From Octopus sinensis (taxonomy: Eukaryota): DNA of 64,000 bases. The stretch lies in contig NC_043013.1 in the NCBI RefSeq assembly GCF_006345805.1, forward strand, positions 37,758,001-37,822,000, in the 5' to 3' direction. This document shows positions 10,934 through 22,770 of the stretch, piece after piece; the first letter of the stretch is position 1, and every line of letters begins with the position of its first letter. Under the pieces are notes generated by a model that saw only the letters and a program-made list of their open reading frames with translations, ran no database searches and was not told the origin of the DNA. A program made the position numbers and the translations under genes.

Positions 10934-12144
10934 ACGGGTATATAATTATGCACATAAAATGTTGTTAACGCTTACGTATGAGAACGTTTCAGAAAAATTA
11001 AGCTTCAGATTAGGTCTGATGAAATTGTAAGTTCATTCATCAAGTTCATTCATCAAGTCTACTCAGTAATAGACAGCTGTTCCATGTGAATGAGGGAGGG
11101 ATGGAAAGAGATAACTAATGGAGAGTGAGCGAGAGAGAGAGAGAGAGAGACGTTAAGAGGGGTATAGTGAGTTAAATAGAGAGGGGTAGTGAGTGGAAGA
11201 AACGGATAAAAATGAAGTGGTAAGAGAAATAGGGAAAAGGAGAAGGCAGAGAGACAGAGAGAAGGAGAGATGGGAGAGAGAAGAGAGAGTCAGACTATAG
11301 TTGAGGGTGAGAGAGAAACGGAAAAGAAAGGGACAAATAAACAAGTAGGAATTATTTCGCTCCTTATAATGTCGTTTCTTGTATAATACAATTGGTTTAG
11401 ATTGGATATTTATGTCTTTATGAGTACGAACATGTATGGTAGACAAAAGAGTGATTCAGGGAGACAAAAGAGATAAAAAGAGAAACAGGTGGAGGAGGGA
11501 TATGTATAATATATGTGTGAGTGTAAAAATATATATTTATATAATTATCAAAGTATACGCACATACACACATAGTCACACACATACAAATATCTATACAT
11601 ATATATATATATATATATTTATATTTATTTATTTACTTATATATATGTATATATCCTTATACACATAAACACATACATATGCATATATATGTATGTATGT
11701 ATACACTAATACACGTATGAAGTAAAATATACGGCAAAGAGAGAGAGAGAGGAAAAGACAGTGAGAGACCTGCGGGCAAGTAGGGGCGGGTCAATGATTC
11801 ATAACATATATCTTGTATATTATTAATATGGTGGGTATGTTTAGGTATATCCAGTTCTTGTGTATATAAAACATACCCATGTATCTGAGTGTTTGGGAAA
11901 ATGAAAGGGTGAAAGAGAGAGAGAGAGAGAGAGGGAGAGAAAGAGAGACAGAGACGGGGAGAGTGATGCAAGAAGAATACCGATATAAAGTGATGAAACA
12001 AGGGATAAATATATATATAGAGAAGAGATTTATTAACTCTTCCCATACCTAAGATTTGTTATTCCATTTCCCTAGCACAGATTTTTACATGTTTTTACGT
12101 ATTTGCATTCTTGAGACAGCGAGATCTATGAAATACAAACACAC

Positions 12145-12165
12145 ACACACACACACATACATACA

Positions 12166-12201
<36 letters not shown>

Positions 12202-12354
12202 TATATTATATATATATATGTGAGTGTAGATAGATAGATAGATACATGCATACATACATGCATACATACATATATACATACATACGTACATACTTACATA
12301 CGTACATACTTACATACGTACACACATACATACATACATACATACATACATACA

Positions 12355-12385
<31 letters not shown>

Positions 12386-12390
12386 GTACA
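12145..12390. repeat. (CATA)n-dominated compound microsatellite
   Basis: Directly visible; source of spurious MYVC/HTYI ORFs. Confidence 0.95.
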
Positions 12391-12583
12391 TACATATATG
12401 TATATACAGAGAGAGAGACAGACAGACAGACATGCATATTTAGATATGGTGACACTACGGTTAATGAGTAAACTATTTGAAAGTCAAGAAGGGATTGAAT
12501 GTATGCATACACAGACATGTATACATACACACACACGCACACACCTATACATACATATATATATATTATATATATATATATAT

Positions 12584-12623
<40 letters not shown>

Positions 12624-12748
12624 TACATACATACGTGTACATACATATACATATATATGTATATACATAGAGATGTACAAATATTAACACATACACATAT
12701 GTACATATCACTATATACAACTATTTTAATATATATGTGTATATATAA

Positions 12749-12803
<55 letters not shown>

Positions 12804-13788
12804 ATATATATATATATACATATATATATGTGGTGTGTGTGTGTATGTATATATACTTAATTTTTATGATAAATAACGGCTAGTAGAGACATAGAGATGA
12901 AAGGTTTCAAAAGAGATGGAAGATGAGGGAAGGGATGTTGACTCAGACGATTACGATATTTTGCTACTCAATTTGTCTCCACATGTTCAATGTATTCAAG
13001 TTTTTAATAACCACTTTTATGCTACAAGTTTACAACTAGCTTCTAACAAATTTTTTTCAGCAATTTTTGGTCGCTGTTTGTTTCCTTTTTGTTTTTCCAT
13101 GTACGTTTTGCTAAGGGTTTTTTTTTTATACATATATATTTTTTGTTTGTCTTTAATATTTCTAATTTTTAATTTGTGTTTTATATATTTCGTTATTTAT
13201 TTTCACGATATTTATTTTTTTTCATTTATTTATTCATTTATTTTTCCAGGCGCACATTCACTGCACGCTGCACTCTATGGTTAAAATCATAAGTGCACAT
13301 TTAAATGCATTGACTCAATTTTCTCTTTAGAAAGAGAACGTTATTAGTGTCACAGACACTTTGAAGAGAGATATTTCATTTTTTATTGGTTTTTGTATTC
13401 TATCCTTATTTTTTTTTCTAGATATAAAAAATTATTTACTTTTCTAATTTTTCTTACTTTTCATATATTCTTTTGTAAATTTAGATATTTTGGAGTTATT
13501 TTTACGTTTATTAAATATTTTACACTCTGAGCTTCATATTTTTTGTTATATATGTATTTTTTGTTTTCCGTAAATTTTATAGCGTTTTAAAAGAGTTATC
13601 ACAATATGTGAAGGCGTCTATATATGTGTATGGATCGCAAGAGAGATCAACAGAGATCAAGAGAGTGTGAGGGGAAGGGAGAAGACAGAAAACCGTAAAG
13701 CTATATATTATCAGATAGGTATGTGAATAGCTAAACATGCCTCCCCCCACACACATATGTATACGCATATATATATACATGAATATAC

Positions 13789-13819
<31 letters not shown>

Positions 13820-14649
13820 CATTCATACACCTACACATATGCACACATATATATATATTCGCTTGTTTACGTGACGTTTGTGCGTAATGGTCGGCGTGAG
13901 TTTGATGGAAAGTCTTTCTTGTGGTACCGTATGCGAATGACACTCGGAATGTCTTTTGGATAGCCTTCAAGAATTTGCCGTTTTCCAGTTGACGGATAAA
14001 ATATGTTGCGTATCCTTTCCAACTCTCTACACGCTGAGTTCAAAATGCTGTTTGCAGACTTTACTTTGTCTTCTTTCGAGTGAATAAACTCAGTCCAAGC
14101 CCAGAGGGATAAATAGTGAAATTGTTAAAGCGTAACAAGAAATGGCTTACAAAATCTGCACTCCGGTTTTGCATTCTAACGGCTGCTGGTGCGGCGATAC
14201 ACATACCAAATCCTATTGCATTTCACTTTTCACCTCATCAACATCGGCGTCAAAATATGTAGAATAGTTTATTTGTCAACTAGTGGTTTCCAATACGTCA
14301 ATGTATACCTGCCATAACTATTAGGCAGACTGAAATTAAAAGTTAAAATTTTTTATTTAACCTCGTGTTTAGCTTCTAATTTATAAACAAAATCCTCAAC
14401 GCCTCTTAGAGAAAGAACAACAATCTTGGTTAGAATACTATCTGCAAGGCTTCTACGTAATGTCTACGTAATACAAACAATGTCTACGTAATACAAAACA
14501 ATGCTTCCAGAATTTAGAAATTCCCATTTGGAATACCATTTCCTGTTGAGCACTGACTATATCCATATAGTACTTATAAAATGATTTTGAAATTTTTGCA
14601 CAAGTTCAACGTTTCGGGAGAGCGGGTGAGACGGTTACATCAAGCTGAG

Positions 14650-14790
14650 AACTCAACTAGTACTTATTTTATCGACCCCCACTAGAATGAAAATACCTGG
14701 GCGGAATTTGAATTCAGGAGATAAAAGCGGACGGGGATGAAATGCTGCGGAACATTTTGCTTGGTATGATAACGACTCTGCCAGCTAACT
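14650..14790 (-). mobile_element. SINE family A, degenerate
   Basis: tacttattttatcgacccc..gcggaatttgaattcag..aacgactctgccagct is the reverse of the family A body and head. Confidence 0.7.
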
Positions 14791-15018
14791 GCCTTACATT
14801 ACCTATATAACAAGACGAAAATACTAAGAGGAAGGACCACGCGATTATGTGGGTGTCAAACTTCTCTGTCATAGAAAGTTTTGCCATATGACAGAATTTC
14901 CCAATTCGTACTCGAAGAAAATCAACTCCAAATATCCACAACACAGAAAGCATTAACATCATATAAAATGCACTATCATTCTCATTCAACTCCGATATAA
15001 AAGATATATGATGCAAAA

Positions 15019-15440
15019 TTGTTTTCTGAAATTACGGATGCAAAAGTAAAAAAATGTGGTAGACCAAACTACGCAACATGCCCAAACCTTCTAGAAGGAT
15101 CAGAATTCCTCTTCAAAGAGGGACAAAAATTCAAGATCAAATCTAATTTTACTTGTGCTTCTGAAAACATAATTTATGTCATAAGATGCTCGGGCTGCCA
15201 CCAAAACTACGTGGGGTCCACGGGACTATCACTCAGACGTAGATGCACACTGCATCGACAACAGATTGCATTCCCAGAATACAGAATGATACCCTTTAGC
15301 GAGCATATTGAGAAATGCGCAAAGCAACTACTACCACAATTTTTAATCTTTCCATTTTATCAATGTACTATTGGAACACCAACACAAACTAAACAAGGAA
15401 ACATTCTTCATTGAAAAATATAAGCCCAAACTTAACCACT
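15019..15440 (+). mobile_element. Penelope-like element GIY-YIG endonuclease remnant
   Basis: CGRPNYATC..FTCASENIIYVIRCSGCHQNYVGSTG..LRRR..H..FSEH, then after a frameshift KETFFIEKYKPKLN. These are the GIY-YIG motifs and C-terminal E..FI....P.LN of PLE endonucleases, preceded by a Cys-rich linker. Confidence 0.88.
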
Positions 15441-15889
15441 CTAACATTCTTATACAGAGAAACTCACCCCATTAAATAAAACGGAAAAGAAATATAAAGC
15501 GATTATCTCCCTGAAACCGGAAGAAATCGCTTATTACCTCCCCCTACTTAGAACTCTTCTTTGCACTTCATAACGAAGACATAACACGATGTTTTGAGAA
15601 ATTTCAAAAGTTAACACGAAACCGGTAATTTCATCAAAAACTATGTCACTGTATGAAAAGATTTTATAACATTCTTCTGACATAATGACTCAAATATATT
15701 TTTTAACCTTTTAAAACAAGCCTTCTGTAGTTTTTTCACTTTTTACTATTTTCTATATATTCAACCACGTCCTTTCACACACCAACTTTCTCACCTATAT
15801 ATATACATACATACATATATATATACATACAGTACTTGTTCCACGTCCTCACGTTGTTGTTTTTTCTTGCTTGTGCTAGTTTGGATCTA

Positions 15890-15904
15890 CTGTGTGTATA
15901 TATA

Positions 15905-15945
<41 letters not shown>

Positions 15946-15992
15946 TAGATAGATAGATAGATAGATATATAGATAGATAGATAGATAGATAT

Positions 15993-16063
<71 letters not shown>

Positions 16064-16065
16064 TA
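15890..16065. repeat. (TA)n + (GATA)n microsatellite
   Basis: Directly visible. Confidence 0.95.
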
Positions 16066-16310
16066 TACTCAATCTAAGCAAGACCAAGAAAAGACAACTG
16101 CATGAGTACTGTGTGTTATTTGGCGCTCAGAAAAGGAAAAAAAAGAGGACCTCACGTTTCGAGCGGAACTCCTCATCAGAAATATGATAAAAGTACAAAG
16201 AAGGGAAGTCGGAGAAAAAAAAATCGTCAACGATACACACATGGTACCATATTGAAACGACCGGAAAGGAATGGGTGAAGAAAAAGTTCTTTCTGAGACA
16301 GGAGAGTGCA
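16066..16310 (-). mobile_element. Penelope-like pseudo-LTR fragment, inverted relative to the GIY-YIG copy
   Basis: Its end (rc cagtactcatgcagttgtcttttcttggtcttgcttagattg) resembles 15829-15886 on the plus strand; contains a hammerhead core. Confidence 0.6.
16147..16186 (-). ncRNA. Minimal type I hammerhead ribozyme-like motif
   Basis: Minus strand attt-CTGATGA-G-GAGT tcc GCTC-GAAAC-GTG-aggt: exact CUGAUGA and GAAA boxes, 4-bp stem II. The cleavage triplet is GUG, which is non-canonical. Confidence 0.65.
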
Positions 16311-16710
16311 AAAGAAGGAGGTATATGTATATGTATTGGTCTGTATGTGCGCGTGTGTGTATGTTCTTATGGCTGTTTATGTATGTGTGTGGTTGGACCT
16401 TAAGGTCGTAGGAAGAATTTATAGTAAAAATTTTGGTGGGAGTGGCTGTCTCTTGTGTGTCTCCCTACATATGTGCGTAGGCCTTTAACTTGTAGTTTGA
16501 AGTATGTGTGTTGTGCGTGTATGTATATGTTGTGTGTGTGTGTGTGTGTTTTGTGCACAATGTGTGTCAGTGTGTGTGTATGTATGTGTGTACGTGTGGG
16601 TAATTGTGTGCCTTCCATACTTTGTATATAGGGTGGAAAGTTTGTGGGTATATTTAGAGTTGAAATGTTGGTGGAAACCCGATGTCATATTGACATCGCC
16701 TATAGAATGC

Positions 16711-16925
16711 GGTGAGCTGGCAGAATCGTTAGCACGCCAGGCGAAATTCTTAGCGGTATTTCGTCTGCCGTTACGTTCGGAGTTCAAATTCTGCCGAGGT
16801 TGACTTTGCCTTTCATCCTTTCGGGGTCGATTAAATACCAGTTACGCACTGGGGTCGATATAATCGACTTAATCCCTTTGTTTGTCCTTGTTTGTCCCAT
16901 CTATGTTTAGCCCCTAAAGAAATAG
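16711..16925 (+). mobile_element. SINE family A, near full length
   Basis: A-box-like TGGCAGAATCG, B-box GAGTTCAAATTC, tail atgtttagcccctaaagaaata. Confidence 0.9.
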
Positions 16926-17518
16926 GAAACTCGATGTCGTATTGATTCGATGATCGGATTCTGACGCCTGGAAAGTTTTTGATCGTAAGTCAATGAATTC
17001 AGATTTGAGTTAAAGCTAAGTAGCAGCAAAGCAAACTAACACATGAGTTTCCTCAAAGATTAAACCAGCAACCACTATGGTTATTAAAACAACAAAAATA
17101 TATAACAACACGAGAAACTGTGAATTGCATATGTTTATACTGTCTACAGAGTATAACAACAACGAAACGATTTATGTAAAAGATTGTATCAATAACAATT
17201 ACAGACACAACAACGGTAGGAATAACTGCAATATTATGAATATCAATAATGATTCCATTAAATGCACGTTCTTGTATGTTCTTTAGAAGTATGCGTGCAT
17301 TATATATTTACACACACACACAAACATACGCACACATATATATGCATACACAGACACATATATGTATGTATGTGTGTATCACATTACACATATACATATA
17401 TAGGTGTGTGCCCTGTAATTTCATTTATAAATCTTTGAGAATCCCATACATTTCTATCGTCTGGTGTATTGCATGGAGCTAGATTAATCCACATATGTAC
17501 ACGTACGCTGAATGTGTG

Positions 17519-17599
<81 letters not shown>

Positions 17600-18199
17600 T
17601 GCGTGTGTTGTGTGTGTGTGTGTATGTATGTATATATGTATGTATGAGTGTATGTATGTATATATACATGTATGTGTATCAGTGAGTGAGAGAGAGAGAG
17701 AGAGAGAGACAGAGAGACAGAGAACACATGTATTTCATATACACATACAGCCGCAAACACACATACATACAAAGAGCGACGCGTACACACGCTTCATTCA
17801 TACACACATGAATACATGACTCCTCAGCGTGAATGACAATCCCTCCCTTTCCACAAAAGCATCAAAGCTTAAACCCTTTCCCCCCCCCACGGGCTAGATA
17901 GCTCGTGTCCTAAAACAATGGCAAGAGATGGCGGGGTTGGGTGACACCACCATCGCCACCGTTACAGACACACGTGCATCATATACTGAGCCACACCCAC
18001 ACACACGCACACATTCACGCCCGCCTGTATGCACGCACGCATGCGCGCACGCACACACACACAAACATGCACACGCACACACAAACGCGCACACACGCAC
18101 ACGCACATGCAGGTCAGCCCATATGGAGGCGCAAATACACAGGATCTTATATACATGAATGTATATGTGCACAAACATATACTTATCTTCATATTTATG

Positions 18200-18229
18200 A
18201 ATTATTATTATTGTTTTTTGTTATCATTA

Positions 18230-18296
<67 letters not shown>

Positions 18297-18335
18297 CATC
18301 ATTATTATTATGATCATTATTATCATCATCTTGAT
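18200..18335. repeat. (ATT)n/(ATC)n microsatellite
   Basis: Directly visible. Confidence 0.95.
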
Positions 18336-18496
18336 TCTTAACTTGTGATTTAGCAAGTATTTATATCTCTGTGAGTTTTATATTCATACGAATTTCGAGG
18401 TTATCTTTTGCCTTTTCTTGAAATTTTTTTCAACAAAAAAGATTTTCAGGGAAAAGAAATGGGTTAAATGTTTTCGAAAGTACGTGTCTTTGCATG

Positions 18497-18562
<66 letters not shown>

Positions 18563-19127
18563 GTGTGACGGTGTATGTGTATGTGCTCATTACTACGAAT
18601 ATGTGTAAATATGGATGAAAGTTAGAAATAGAGGGACTGAGAGAGAGAGAGAAAGAAACAGAGTGTGTATATGTGCGTATGCGTCTGAAAAATGCGCTGA
18701 AATGTATCTACAGTGAAGACAGACCATTATGTGACTTTCAATTGCTGTGAAGACAAACATGTCTTGCGTATCTGTGCGTTTGAGTATATCTATGTGTTTA
18801 TGGTTTCGTGTTTGTGTACAGCTTCTGTTTCTATGAATATAGTAGCATTAGGTTGCTTCAAATTTTGTAGATGTTAATCATCTTAAAAATTGATTTCAGA
18901 GTAGAGTGCGCTTCACTGAGGATGTCTAATAAAGCCGAAACATGTCCGCTACTTTCCTCAGCTAGATTTATCCACACTCCATTACCATTGGCATACTCTA
19001 CTTGCTCCAGAATTTCCAAAATATTTGACTCCATATAAGTAGTCTCCATTGCCGCTTTTACATTTTAAACATATTGCGTAAGATTTTTCATATAATTATA
19101 TATTACAACACATATAATTATATATTA

Positions 19128-19325
19128 TCGTTAGCACGCCGGGGGAAATGCTTAGCGGCATTTCTTCAGTCTTTACGTTCTGAGTTCAAATGTCACAGAG
19201 ATCAAATTTACCTTTCATTCTTTTGGGGGCGATGAAATATGTACCAGTTGAGCACTGGAGTCTACGTAATCGAATTCCCATCTCTCTCCCTAAATTGCGG
19301 GCCATGTCTTAATATTTGAAATCGA
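19128..19325 (+). mobile_element. SINE family A, degenerate
   Basis: cgttagcacgcc..gaaatgcttagcggcattt..ttacgttctgagttcaaat matches family A. Confidence 0.75.
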
Positions 19326-20167
19326 TATAATACAAAAGACTATTTTACATATAGAAGATTCTATCATGTGTACCATTAGTTGAAGGGTGGTACATTTTCT
19401 AATGTATTTTTCCACGGTCTTATTGTCGTCGATTCTTGCCTGTATACGTGTTTAAAGATGTTCTGGAATATATTTTTGTACGCCAAGCATAATATATTAC
19501 TTCAAATCCGTAACCTTTATTTTCTCCGAGGGTTAAAATAACGCCTGAGCACAAGGTAATTTCAGTATGTGTTTGATTTAAACTCAGAAACATTAGATTT
19601 GAAACTAATCGATGTGATGAATTCATAGTTATTGATTATCCCCAATTAGTCCAGATAACTATTTATTGATAACTATGTACAATCAACATGCTCTGATTAT
19701 CGCATTCTTTTTTCTTTTTAATTACGCATCTCCTAATGTGATCTAACATATTTAAAACGTTGCCTGCGGCTTGAGGAAGGAATGTTCTGCATTTGCTAAC
19801 AGCTTCAGCAACTGCATCTAAGTTCTTCATTTATTTGTGCACTGTTGGCTCATGTTAACAGTACAACGTATATACGCCATATTTAATGTTTTTCCTGGGT
19901 TTCTTCGAACGTTTGTGATTTATAAAGAAACGATCTATTCTTAATTTTGTTAATATTATTATTATTGTTTCACTTATAACCAGTGCATGATCTTGCAGGT
20001 GGGACTCAGTTAGAATTTTCTGCAGGTCGAGTAGCCCATCTCACTCAAAAGGTCCTTGAATAAGGATTGTTTAAGGGTGTTGAATGAAACAACCAAGTTT
20101 CCAGAGGTGATTTATTCAAACCCCAAAGAATTCCTTTCAACACATGGTTAAAATGCTCTCCCTGTAC

Positions 20168-21513
20168 TCTCCCTGGACGGACGGAGTGGTTAAATTTCTC
20201 GGGGTCTGGTTTGGTCCTAAGCTCCAGATGGACAAAAACTGGGACGAGGTAACGAGCAGGGTAACTACTCTCACCCAGAAATGGACTGAGAGAAACCTAT
20301 CCCTGAAAAGGCGGGCAGAGATGGCTAACGTGTATAACGCGACCGTCATCACTTGACCATCGTACCTTGTCCCAGCCACTCTCTGGGCATGCTGTGGTTG
20401 ATGATGCGCAGACATCCGCTGAAGCTACGACATCTACAGCGCTTCCTTGACGGTGAACAAGTGTGATCGCCGTTCGCCAGATACTTCTGCAGTTAGTTTC
20501 TTTAATGGGACTACAGTCCTGGGTAAAACAGAGACCCGGGGGTAGTATTTGGAAAGTGAAATGTCTTTCAGCGCTCACAGCCGTCGGCCAATTGGACACT
20601 ACGATAGGTGGAACGTCCACTAGCTTTTTTATAGAGAATTAGTGGAGAGAAAGTGCGACGACTTTCTTCGGGAGACCTTGGGCGTCGAGGAACATCAGCT
20701 AGCCGCTCTTTTCCGAAGAACATTCGGCCCGGGACCGATTGATAATTGCCAAAAATCTCTGACCTGGCAGTGCTACCGGGGAGCTTTGCCTGTTTGAGAT
20801 AGACTTTACAGGTACGGAAGTGCCGTCAACCGAGCATGTCTGAGATGCGCACTAGATGACGAGACAGTCCTACCTGCAATAGTCCAGTGCCTGAGCATTG
20901 CTGACCTGTGGGTTTATATCGAGCACCAGCTATTGCGTGTGGGACGGATCCGGCTGTCTACTGAATCCATGGCGAATATCGCACGGCTTCCATCATTCAT
21001 CCGGGAAGGAAAGGCAAAATTTATATGCCTGGTGGCCATGGCGAAAGAAGTTGCATGGTGGACGAGACTGAAGGGGCTGAAGACAAAAACTTTTCTCTTC
21101 GGCCAATCCCTGATCAATTTTTTATGATTCACTTGAAGAGAAAAATAAGGCCTAAGAGGGTCTTCTAGTCAGTTTGCTGAAAGGTGGATGAAAGTTGCGA
21201 GAATGGTGCGAGTGAACGGGCCTGCCCAGAGCATATGCCTGTAGTTAGAAAAAGGGAAAGGAACAGGGGCACCTGCCCCCAAAATTAGGGCACGCATGAT
21301 TTTTATGAGGGTTTTCCATGAGCAACCCTTGAACGTCTCCTCCCTGTTGAAGATCACTCATTGTTGATTTCTGTTGTAATTTTGTTAGTTTTGTTTATAC
21401 GCAAAACCCCGCACAACATACATTTACACACATACACAGACACAATCTTTGTTTTGTCCCGTACTCTTTATAATGCTTTTCTCAATGTAAACCCCTGTGG
21501 TTCATAAAGAAAT
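20168..21513 (+). mobile_element. L1/Tx1-like LINE, 5'-truncated (RT thumb through C-terminal Cys region and 3' UTR)
   Basis: WTDGVVKFLGVWFG..NWDEV..W..RNLSLK.RA..AN is the L1-clade RT end (KYLG/W..R.LS..GR). Later LTWQCYRGALPV..R...C.RC..DDETV...IVQC is the L1/Tx1 zinc-binding region. Multiple stops. Confidence 0.85.
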
Positions 21514-21542
21514 CCTCCTCCTCCTCCTCCTCCTCCTCCTCC

Positions 21543-21573
<31 letters not shown>

Positions 21574-21611
21574 TGTCGTCTTCATCATCTTCATCATCGT
21601 CATCATCATCG

Positions 21612-21657
<46 letters not shown>

Positions 21658-21665
21658 TGTCGTCG

Positions 21666-21708
<43 letters not shown>

Positions 21709-21731
21709 TGTCGTCGTCATCTTCGTCATCG

Positions 21732-21769
<38 letters not shown>

Positions 21770-21819
21770 TCATCATCATCATCATCATCATTGTCGTCGT
21801 CATCATCGTCATCATCATC

Positions 21820-21850
<31 letters not shown>

Positions 21851-21915
21851 GTATAATGACTGCCACAGTAGCAGTTGTTGTCGTTGTCGATGATGGTGTA
21901 GTTGTTGCTGTTGTT
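21514..21915. repeat. (CCT)n then long (CAT)n/(CGT) and (GTT) microsatellite
   Basis: Directly visible; produces poly-S/poly-I/poly-D ORFs. Confidence 0.97.
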
Positions 21916-22409
21916 GTTTACTTTAAGAAACAATGGGTGTGCCTTTGACCTTATTTTGTTCCTGTTCGCTATTATGTGTGGAAGGGCTGAGAGCAATCAG
22001 CGATGACTGAGACAGATTAAGTCCGTTGACGTATGATATAAATGACTACAGATTACTAGAAGTCGAGGGTGAGGGACGTGTATGCCGAACGGGGGCTTCT
22101 GGAAAGTTTCTCTTCTGAGAAAAGCAGGCTGAGAAAATTTGTTCTACGGAAATATGCAACGTAAAATAAATTTAAATCTGAGAACAAGAGCGACTGGAAT
22201 AATAAAGATCGAGCGAAGGACCAGCAAATGTTTTAAAATAAACTGTTTTTGCTATTGCTTTTCTTGCAGTTTTACTGTTTTTAGGCCTCTTGGAAGCTCT
22301 AATCATTCAAATGTGTGATCAGAAATGTATTGCAACTGTGGCTTCCTTGAATTTTAATTTTGAATTTTTGTCTTCTTTTTTTTTTTTTGATAGATAATCT
22401 ATATGGGAT

Positions 22410-22770
22410 CTCTTTTTACTTGTTTCAATCATGTGACTGTGGCCATGCTGGAGCACCATCTTTTAGTCGAGCAAATCGATCCCAGGACTTATTGTTTGTA
22501 AGCCTAGTACTTATTCTATCGGTCTCTTTTGCCGAACCGTAAACACACCAGCATCGGTTGTCAAGCGATGCTGGGGGACAAACACAAACATACACACACA
22601 CATACATATACATATATACGACGGGCTTCTTTCAGTTTCCGTCAACCAAATCCACTCACAAGGCTTTGCTCGGCCCGAAGCTATAGTAGAAGACACTTGC
22701 CCAATGTGCCACGCAGTGGGACTGAACCCGGAACCATGTGGGACTGAACCCGTAGGTCACTCCTATGCCT
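22410..22770 (-). mobile_element. SINE family B
   Basis: Reverse of 46801-47174, with a small internal duplication gggactgaacccg. Confidence 0.88.

Noticed and set aside
10985-11020. Minus-strand CTGAAGC...GAAACGTT motif
   Set aside because: A9 is missing and there is no stem II.
18858-19049. Protein-like 63-aa minus ORF (ILEQVEYANGNGVW...)
   Set aside because: No recognisable homology or supporting splice context; the length is within chance expectation.
19980-20165. Segment that looks like a dispersed repeat upstream of the Tx1 fragment
   Set aside because: No second copy or diagnostic motif within the window, so it cannot be classified from the sequence alone.
21497-21996. Poly-Ser/poly-Ile/poly-Asp-Met ORFs
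   Set aside because: Translation of the (CAT)n microsatellite.
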